Shown here in pieces: positions 32,147 to 38,201 of a DNA stretch of 38,201 nt. A program made the position numbers and the translations under genes. Where the stretch lies: the NCBI GenBank assembly GCA_018701055.1, contig JABIUH010000437.1:1-38201 (forward strand), given 5' to 3'. The DNA comes from Woeseia sp. Its GTDB lineage: Bacteria; Pseudomonadota; Gammaproteobacteria; Steroidobacterales; Woeseiaceae. The notes beneath the pieces are model-generated. The model was not told the DNA's origin. It worked only from the letters and a program-made list of their open reading frames with translations, and made no database searches. How positions within the stretch are numbered: position 1 is the first letter of the stretch; each line of letters starts with the position of its first letter.

Positions 32147-33631
32147 ATGACGGCACTAAAAAATTATCAAATGTACATCGACGGTCAATGGGTCGATGCG
32201 GAAGATGGCGATTCGTTCACGAGCGTCAACCCGGCTACTGGCGAGGAATGGGCCCGCATACCCGCAGCAACGGCCGCAGACGTCGATCGGGCCGTTAACG
32301 CGGCGCATCGCGCGTTCACGTCCGGTCCTTGGTCAACAATGTTGCCGACCGAACGGGGCGCACTACTCCGCAACCTCGCTGAGTTAATGAAGAAACATTC
32401 CGAGATGCTGGGCAGAACTGAGACTGTTGACACGGGAAAATTGTTTACCGAAACGCGTTGGCAAGCCGCTTATCTCTCGAACTACTATCACTACTACGCG
32501 GGACTTGCCGACAAAGTACACGGCGCCACCTTGCCGATTGACAAGCCCAACATGTGGGCAATGACGGTACGTGAGCCGCTTGGGGTTGTTGCCGCAGTTG
32601 TCCCCTGGAACTCACAACTCTTTCTCGTTGCGGTCAAGATCGCCCCCGCGCTAGCAGCGGGTAACACGGTCGTATTAAAAGCTTCGGAACATGCTTCTGC
32701 TGCGATGCTTGAGTTCGGCAAAGTTTTCGAAGAAGCCGGTTTTCCTCCCGGAGTGATCAACATTGTTACCGGCACCGGCGACCCTTGTGGTGCTGCACTA
32801 ACATCGCATCCTCTGGTCGATCGCATTAGTTTTACGGGTGGCTTGAACGCCGCCCAGCAAATAATTCGCAATTCCGCGGAGAATTTCGCGGAAGTCTCGT
32901 TAGAGCTCGGCGGCAAATCACCCATGGTGATCTTTGACGACGTCGATATCGAAAATGCAGTGAACGGTATTTTGCTGAGCATCTTTAGCGCCACCGGTCA
33001 GAGTTGTGTTGCTGGCTCACGCCTGCTTATCCAGGACTCGATGTACGATCAACTCATTGAAAAGGTCGCCGCACGGGCAGCGCAAATTAGAATTGGCGAT
33101 CCGTTGGACGACAACAGTCAAATGGGCCCGCTCGCCACATTGGGACAACTCGAGCGTATCGAGGAAACGGTTGCCAATGCGATTGAGAATGGCGCCACAC
33201 TGGTTCACGGCGGCAAGGTGCCGGATCATACCGATAAGGGCTGGTATTACGAACCTACGATCGTTTCCTGTCCAAGCCAGAACCTCAGAATTGTCCGCGA
33301 AGAAATGTTTGGCCCCGTCGTGAGTGCATTAAAGTTTAGCGATGAAGAGGAAGCCGTGGCACTCGCAAATGACTCACGATTCGGACTCGCCGCTGGCGTG
33401 TTTACCCGGGATATCGGCCGTGCGTTGCGCGTTACGAAAGCGATTCGTGCTGGCATAGTATGGGTGAACACCTACCGGGTCGTTTCTCCTATGGCGCCAT
33501 TTGGCGGATTCAAAGACAGTGGTCATGGTCGCGAATCGGGTCTTGACGCGATTTACGATTACACGCGGGCCAAAACTGTTTGGCTCAATACATCACCGGA
33601 TCCGATCGACGATCCATTTCGAATGCAATAA
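32147..33631 (+). CDS. NAD(P)+-dependent aldehyde dehydrogenase
   Basis: VVPWNSQL, ELGGKSP (catalytic Glu), FSATGQSCVAGSR (catalytic Cys) and PFGGFKDSGHGRE. Confidence 0.9.
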   Translation: MTALKNYQMYIDGQWVDAEDGDSFTSVNPATGEEWARIPAATAADVDRAVNAAHRAFTSGPWSTMLPTERGALLRNLAELMKKHSEMLGRTETVDTGKLFTETRWQAAYLSNYYHYYAGLADKVHGATLPIDKPNMWAMTVREPLGVVAAVVPWNSQLFLVAVKIAPALAAGNTVVLKASEHASAAMLEFGKVFEEAGFPPGVINIVTGTGDPCGAALTSHPLVDRISFTGGLNAAQQIIRNSAENFAEVSLELGGKSPMVIFDDVDIENAVNGILLSIFSATGQSCVAGSRLLIQDSMYDQLIEKVAARAAQIRIGDPLDDNSQMGPLATLGQLERIEETVANAIENGATLVHGGKVPDHTDKGWYYEPTIVSCPSQNLRIVREEMFGPVVSALKFSDEEEAVALANDSRFGLAAGVFTRDIGRALRVTKAIRAGIVWVNTYRVVSPMAPFGGFKDSGHGRESGLDAIYDYTRAKTVWLNTSPDPIDDPFRMQ

Positions 33632-33643
33632 CAGAGTGAATCG

Positions 33644-34033
33644 ATGACAAGCAAAAAATTTGAAGACGGACTGAAAGTCCGCAAAGAAGTTCTCGGCGAG
33701 AAATACGTCGACGCTGCACTAAAGAACGTCGACGATTTCAATCGGCCCATGCAAGAACTCGTAACTGAGTATTGCTGGGGCAGCATCTGGACTCGAGAAG
33801 GACTACCACGCAAAACGCGGAGCTTACTCAACCTCGCGATGCTAACGGCACTCAACCGGCCACACGAAGTGCGCGCGCATGTATTGGGCGCCATTAACAA
33901 TGGTGTGACTCGAGACGAAATCATGGAGACCTTACTTCAGGCTGCCGTTTATTGTGGCGTGCCTGCGGGCATCGATAGCTTCAGAACAGCCAAGGCCGTA
34001 TTCGCTGAATTGGATGAACAGGAACAAATATGA
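33644..34033 (+). CDS. Carboxymuconolactone decarboxylase (PcaC/AhpD-like) family protein
   Basis: 129 aa. WGSIWTREGLPRKTRSLLNLAMLTALNRPHEV..HVLGAINNGVTRDEIMETLLQAAVYCGVPAG matches the gamma-CMD family pattern. Confidence 0.8.
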   Translation: MTSKKFEDGLKVRKEVLGEKYVDAALKNVDDFNRPMQELVTEYCWGSIWTREGLPRKTRSLLNLAMLTALNRPHEVRAHVLGAINNGVTRDEIMETLLQAAVYCGVPAGIDSFRTAKAVFAELDEQEQI

Positions 34034-34911
34034 ATAGAAATGTCATTATTACTTGCGCCGTCACTGGCGCGGGAGACGCGTGGTCGCGACATCCGGATTT
34101 GCCGGTCTCAACAGATCAGATTGCCGCAGCAGTATTGAGCGCAGCGGAAGCAGGTGCGGCTGTTGCGCATATTCACGTACGCGACCCGCAAACCGGGCAA
34201 GGCTCACGTGACGTAGACTTATTTTCTGCCGTGGTTGAAAAGGTTCGCGCCAGCGACACAGACGTCATCATCAATCTCACCGCTGGCATGGGTGGCAGCT
34301 GGTTTCCGTCCGAAGATGGCGACCCTAGCATGCCCGGCCCCGGCACCGACATGATTGGCCCGGCAGAACGACTCGCCCATGTCGACAAAGTACGTCCGGA
34401 TATTTGCAGCCTGGATTGCGGCACAATGAACTTCGGCGAAAATGAAACCTATATCAGCACCCCGGGTTACCTGACCAAGATGGCGGAACTCACACAAAGT
34501 TGGGGTGTGAAGCCCGAGATGGAGGTTTTCGATCTCGGGCACGTTCGTCTGGCCAAAGAGTTAATCAATCGCGGTGTCATTGATGCGCCGCCAATGTTCC
34601 AAATTTGCCTCGGCATACCATGGGGTGCAGATGCCGATACAGAAAGCATGCTGGCTATGCGTAACGCATTACCACCAGGTGCGAACTGGGCGGGCTTCGG
34701 GATTTCGAGAATGGAAATGCCAATGGTTGCCCAGGCAGTGCTGCTCGGAGGGCATGTACGCGTTGGTCTGGAAGACAATCTATATCTAGATAAAGGTGTG
34801 CTTGCGTCAAACGCCGACCTGGTGACGAGAGCGACGGAAATTATTAGCCGTCTCGGCGCGAAAGTTGCAACACCGGATGAAGCACGCGCGATACTCGGTT
34901 TGCGTAAGTGA
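34030..34911 (+). CDS. BKACE-family beta-keto acid cleavage enzyme (3-keto-5-aminohexanoate cleavage enzyme-like, DUF849)
   Basis: IITCAVTGA, AGAAVAHIHVRD and VRVGLEDN are present in a ~290-aa TIM-barrel-type protein. ATGA overlap with the upstream stop. Confidence 0.8.
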   Translation: MNRNVIITCAVTGAGDAWSRHPDLPVSTDQIAAAVLSAAEAGAAVAHIHVRDPQTGQGSRDVDLFSAVVEKVRASDTDVIINLTAGMGGSWFPSEDGDPSMPGPGTDMIGPAERLAHVDKVRPDICSLDCGTMNFGENETYISTPGYLTKMAELTQSWGVKPEMEVFDLGHVRLAKELINRGVIDAPPMFQICLGIPWGADADTESMLAMRNALPPGANWAGFGISRMEMPMVAQAVLLGGHVRVGLEDNLYLDKGVLASNADLVTRATEIISRLGAKVATPDEARAILGLRK

Positions 34912-34939
34912 GACCCGTCAACAACGCCAGGAGAAAGCA

Positions 34940-36439
34940 GTGAAGGAAGCTCGAATAGATAAGGTTCTATTCTTCGCAGCAACCGGCATCGCCATCGCTG
35001 TCTGTATTCCTTTGGGGCTCATACCCGAACGAGCAGAGCTGTTTGTCTCAGAACAATACGTTTGGATTTCAAGCAATCTGGGCGTGTTTTATCAAATGTT
35101 TGCCGTGCTCGCATTTTCCTTTCTTATTTGGCTGGCGCTCGGCAAGTACGGCTCAATCCGTCTCGGCGGCACGGGTGACAAACCGGATTATTCGACCTTT
35201 TCCTGGGTTGGCATGTTGTTTTGTGCTGGGACCGGCGCCTCTTTACTGGTCTGGGCCGGTGTTGAGTGGGCGTTTTACATTGACTCACCCCCCTTCGGCG
35301 CAGTGGCACGCTCTGCCGAAGCGATCGAGTGGGCGTCGTCTTACGGCGCGTTCCATTGGGGCGTTGCTGCATGGAGCTTCTACGCGTTGCCAACGATTGC
35401 GATTGCCTATCCCTATTACGTGCGCAACGTCCCGTACCTGCGTGCCAGCACTTCTTTGCACGCGATTCTCGGTAAGGACGGTGGAAACTCGCCAATAGGC
35501 CGGGCAGTCGATTTGGCCGCGATGATTGCGCTACTGGGCGGCGCCGGTACATCGCTAGGTGTAATTACGCCGACAATAGCGGCAAGCGTTGCCGAGTTAC
35601 TCAACTTGGAGACCTCCTTTTCGCTCGAGCTCATTGTCATGGCCGTGTGTATTGGATTGTTTGGCGCGAGTGTTTATCTCGGTCTGGATAAGGGCATCAA
35701 AAGACTGAGCAATATCAACGTCGTTTTGATTCTTGGCTTGCTTCTGTTCGTACTGATCGTTGGACCAACCCTTTTCATTCTCAAAAACTCACTCAATACC
35801 ACCGGCGTTCTGTTGCAAAACTTTATACGGATGATGACCTGGACTGATCCGGTCGAGAAGTCTGGATTTGTTGAAACCTGGACGGTGTTTTATTGGGCGT
35901 GGTGGATCGCTTTTGCGCTTCCCGTTGGCGTCTTTATTACACGAATTTCGCGTGGCAGAACCATTCGGCAGGTCATCCTGTCAATGCTTAGTTTTGGTAC
36001 GTTCGGTTGCTGGCTTTTCTATTTCATTCTAGGCAACTATTCACTCTCACTCGAGTTAAGCGAAACCTTTTCGGTGACTGGCAGCCTTGCCGAGAACGGC
36101 ATGTACGTTACGGTCGAAAATATTATCTCAACCCTGCCATTTGGCATTGCCGCGTTATCGTTATTTATTATTGCCAGCGTCATCTCCGTTGCTACAACCT
36201 ATGACTCGGCGTCTTACACACTGGCATCCACGGCGACACAGGAATTGAAGGAAGGTGAAAATCCGGCTCGATGGCATCGCCTGTTTTGGGCCGCGATTTT
36301 AGGTCTGGTGCCCGTATTCATGATGTTCGTTGGCGGGTTGGACATCATCCGCTCGGGCGTTCTGGTGGCTTCGTTGCCTCTCTTACTCATCGGCGTAGCA
36401 ATGATCGTGTCGCTCGTAAAATCTCTAAGAGATCATTAG
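34940..36439 (+). CDS. BCCT-family (betaine/carnitine/choline) transporter
   Basis: BCCT signature WTVFYWAWWIAFALPVGVFITRISRGRTIRQ and 12-TM-type hydrophobicity. I place the start at GTG 34940, preceded by AGGAGA. The ORF-track start at 34865 overlaps the BKACE gene. Confidence 0.85.
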   Translation: MKEARIDKVLFFAATGIAIAVCIPLGLIPERAELFVSEQYVWISSNLGVFYQMFAVLAFSFLIWLALGKYGSIRLGGTGDKPDYSTFSWVGMLFCAGTGASLLVWAGVEWAFYIDSPPFGAVARSAEAIEWASSYGAFHWGVAAWSFYALPTIAIAYPYYVRNVPYLRASTSLHAILGKDGGNSPIGRAVDLAAMIALLGGAGTSLGVITPTIAASVAELLNLETSFSLELIVMAVCIGLFGASVYLGLDKGIKRLSNINVVLILGLLLFVLIVGPTLFILKNSLNTTGVLLQNFIRMMTWTDPVEKSGFVETWTVFYWAWWIAFALPVGVFITRISRGRTIRQVILSMLSFGTFGCWLFYFILGNYSLSLELSETFSVTGSLAENGMYVTVENIISTLPFGIAALSLFIIASVISVATTYDSASYTLASTATQELKEGENPARWHRLFWAAILGLVPVFMMFVGGLDIIRSGVLVASLPLLLIGVAMIVSLVKSLRDH

Positions 36440-36458
36440 GAGCGCGCTACAACATGAT

Positions 36459-36479
36459 CCGCTCCACTCGTAGGAGCGG
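36459..36479. terminator. Hairpin CCGCTCC-ACTCGTA-GGAGCGG between the convergent BCCT and LysR genes
   Basis: 7-bp GC-rich stem read directly. A second inverted pair, GCCGCGAT (36486-36493) and ATCGCGGC (36528-36535), follows. No U-tract. Confidence 0.3.
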
Positions 36480-36569
36480 CATCCTGCCGCGATAAGAAGA
36501 TAAATCTACGTAATTGATCAGACCCGGATCGCGGCTGGAAGCCGTTCCTGCGCTTGTTTCAACAGCTCG

Positions 36570-37472
36570 CTAGGATGCCTCTTCGACGATCCAATCGATA
36601 AAGTCTTGTACCTGAGGTAATGGCGACAATGACTTCGGTACAACGGCATACACCGTTTGATTTTGCGTTTGCTGCTCTCCAAGCGGTCTCACGAGACGAC
36701 CATCCGATAAAAATTCGTCGACGAGACCGCTAAAGCCCAAGGCGATACCCTCCCCCTGTAGCGCCAGTTGCATCACGTTGTCGTAAGAATTTAGACCCAT
36801 CAATCGAAACGACGGCGGCACCCGAATATCCATTGCATTCAACCACCACCACCAATCTTCTGTTGAGTGCGTTGCGCCGTCGAGGTTAATGAGTGTGTGC
36901 CGCAATAAATCCTCTGTCGCCGCTAAGGGCGTCGTTGAATCCAAGTAGAGTTGAGAGCACACGGGGAACGCGAAAACATCAAATAAGCGAATCGGCGTCA
37001 ATTCTGGCCAACGACCATCGCCATAGCGCAAGCCAACATCGATGCCATCGGTAATGAGATTTTGCAGTTGGTCCGAGATAGCGATGTGAATTTCGATATT
37101 TGGAAATCGTTTGCGAAATTCTGCCAGACGTGGCGTTAGCCAAAATGATCCAATCGCTATCGTCGCGCCAACGGTGATCTTGAAGTTTTGACGCGGTGCT
37201 CGAATTGTCCCCGAGACATAAGCGATCTTTTCGAGACTGTCCCGCACAACGACTTGCAATTTCTTACCTTCAGGGGTTAGAGCGATGGCGCGGTGCAAGC
37301 GCTCAAATACTTTCACCCCGAGGTGCTCTTCAAGCACCCGGATGTGACGACTGACCGCCTCGCGACTGATACGAATCTCCTCACCGGCACGAGTCAAACT
37401 CAAGTGTCGAGAGGCTGCTTCAAACGCAACCAGACTCTTTAAGGGTGGGAGATTGGCGGACAGGCTTTGCAT
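36570..37472 (-). CDS. LysR-family transcriptional regulator (GcvA-like subgroup)
   Basis: N-terminal wHTH LPPLKSLVAFEAASRHLSLTRAGEEIRISREAVSRHIRVLEEHLGVKVFER and a ~300-aa length. Confidence 0.9.
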   Translation of the reverse strand: MQSLSANLPPLKSLVAFEAASRHLSLTRAGEEIRISREAVSRHIRVLEEHLGVKVFERLHRAIALTPEGKKLQVVVRDSLEKIAYVSGTIRAPRQNFKITVGATIAIGSFWLTPRLAEFRKRFPNIEIHIAISDQLQNLITDGIDVGLRYGDGRWPELTPIRLFDVFAFPVCSQLYLDSTTPLAATEDLLRHTLINLDGATHSTEDWWWWLNAMDIRVPPSFRLMGLNSYDNVMQLALQGEGIALGFSGLVDEFLSDGRLVRPLGEQQTQNQTVYAVVPKSLSPLPQVQDFIDWIVEEAS

Positions 37473-37664
37473 GAACTAAATGTTACGCGAAAACCAGCCA
37501 ATTTCAATTGCCGGAACACTCACTACCTGGGGAAACCTCTGATTAACTGGAAGCCGTAATTTGGAATTGAAAGTTTGTCTTTCTCCAAAACGGATATGCC
37601 GATCATAGATAGTTCAGAAATCGAGGGTCCGCTTACGACCGAGTGGCCAATGGTTGACCCCTGC

Positions 37665-37814
37665 TTACTCGCCGGGATCGAAAACGTCCTCAATTTGTTG
37701 TTCGAAAAGGCGAGCAATCTTGAAGGCCAGTGGGAGTCCGGGATCGTATTTGCCGGTTTCGATGGCATTAACGGTTTGTCGGGAGACCTGAAGCTGGTCG
37801 GCAAGGGTTGCCTG
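37665..37814 (-). pseudogene. XRE-family small HTH regulator (YozG-like), 5'-truncated by an IS3 fragment
   Basis: QATLADQLQVSRQTVNAIETGKYDPGLPLAFKIARLF is the conserved core of ~65-70-aa XRE proteins. The first helix is missing. The annotated ORF start (37859) lies in IS3-derived sequence, giving a chimeric N-terminus. Confidence 0.6.
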
Positions 37815-38060
37815 CTTCTTTGAGTTCGGCGGTGATCTTCGCGGCCCCATACACGCCATTGCTGTCGATGTGAATGCCTCGGATCAAAACCATGAGTCGC
37901 CGGTCTATCTTTGCCCGCTGACGCTCAGGTCGGATTCGCCAGACGTAGTAACCGCTTCTCGATACACGCAGCACGCGGCACATCATTCCCATTGGGTATT
38001 GGTTGCGGCGTCGATCGATACAGATGTATCTCATTTCGACTACTTGGCAAAGAAAACCGC
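37813..38060 (-). mobile_element. IS3-family fragment: last 6 codons of orfA (AVFFAK-stop) and the first ~74 codons of orfB
   Basis: YPMGMMCRVLRVSRSGYYVWRIRPE...SNGVYGAAKITAELKEAG matches the IS3 OrfB N-terminal region. AVFFAK-stop at 38040-38060 matches the conserved orfA end (compare KAATYFAK in E. coli IS3, from memory). The DDE catalytic domain is absent. Confidence 0.75.
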
Positions 38061-38201
38061 TGTAGATTCAACGGGTGGCTGCAACAGATACTCTGAATGT
38101 GTCCATAACGGAGAGTTATCTGATGAAAAGAACATATACACAGGAAGAACGCGATCTTGCCTTTGATTTGTGGAAACAAGGTGCTGGCTTCAGCGATATA
38201 G
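38061..38201 (+). mobile_element. Left end of an IS30-family insertion sequence (terminal inverted repeat plus start of the transposase gene), continuing beyond the window
   Basis: 38061 starts TGTAGATTCAACGGGTGGCTGCAACAG. This closely resembles the IS30 left terminal repeat as I recall it (TGTAGATTCAATTGGTCAACGCAACAG). Confidence 0.75.
38123..38201 (+). CDS. IS30-family transposase, N-terminal 26 codons (partial, runs off the window)
   Basis: MKRTYTQEERDLAFDLWKQGAGFSDI parallels the E. coli IS30 transposase N-terminus MRRTFTAEEKASVFELWKNGTGFSEI (from memory). GGAGAG SD lies 7 bp upstream. Confidence 0.8.
   Translation, partial: MKRTYTQEERDLAFDLWKQGAGFSDI

Noticed and set aside
32494-32994. 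166-codon minus-strand ORF inside the aldehyde dehydrogenase gene
   Set aside because: Antisense shadow of a strongly supported CDS, with no motifs. The same reasoning applies to 34467-34982 (antisense to the BKACE gene), 35043-35552 (within the BCCT gene), 23258-23701 (antisense to the NhaC-type gene), 27830-28450 (antisense to the receptor stump), 16659-17141 and 17808-18182 (alternate frames of lacZ), and 21610-22116 (alternate frame of the CocE/NonD gene).
37523-37823. Overlapping ORFs 37523-37804 (minus) and 37575-37823 (plus) between the LysR and XRE genes
   Set aside because: No recognisable motifs. They overlap each other and the XRE remnant, and are likely non-coding spacer left by deletion.

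Overview
Densely coding 38.2-kb bacterial chromosomal segment. The gene content looks proteobacterial and like a marine heterotroph, but taxonomy cannot be proven from the window alone. It falls into four blocks. (1) 3-13286: a BetI-like TetR repressor gene sits beside a roughly 10-kb translationally coupled minus-strand operon. That operon encodes a class-III aminotransferase, two paralogous CrtI-like flavoproteins, a GcvT-family aminomethyltransferase, an ADP-forming acyl-CoA synthetase, a decayed aldehyde dehydrogenase remnant, a crotonase and an HDAC-type amidohydrolase. An acyl-CoA dehydrogenase and an orphan Rieske oxygenase complete the block. (2) 13427-25139: a 7-gene plus-strand operon with ATGA-type start/stop overlaps. 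It encodes a mutarotase-like protein, galK, galT, a lipoprotein-type LacZ, an SGLT-type Na+/solute symporter, a secreted CocE/NonD hydrolase and an NhaC-type transporter with an extra N-terminal domain. (3) 25140-28560: a decay zone. It holds an internal fragment of a tmRNA (ssrA) gene lacking both acceptor ends, an S9 peptidase gene broken by one in-frame TGA, a C-terminal stump of a TonB-dependent receptor and an IS3-family remnant. (4) 28793-37472: an 8-gene plus-strand cluster followed by a convergent LysR regulator gene. The cluster encodes a flavin reductase fused to a degenerate Nudix-like domain, a luciferase-like monooxygenase, a PcaD/RutD-type hydrolase, a RidA protein, an aldehyde dehydrogenase, a PcaC-type decarboxylase, a BKACE enzyme and a BCCT transporter. 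The right edge carries nested IS debris: an IS30-family element inserted in an IS3-family element that truncates an XRE gene. I saw no CRISPR array, rRNA, intact tRNA or recognisable defence system. The best candidates for undescribed biology are the two catabolic clusters of blocks 1 and 4, which look built for methylated or zwitterionic osmolytes and do not match pathways I know. The ssrA fossil marking a recombination junction is also notable. All functional calls rest on motif-level reading of the translations, with no database search.
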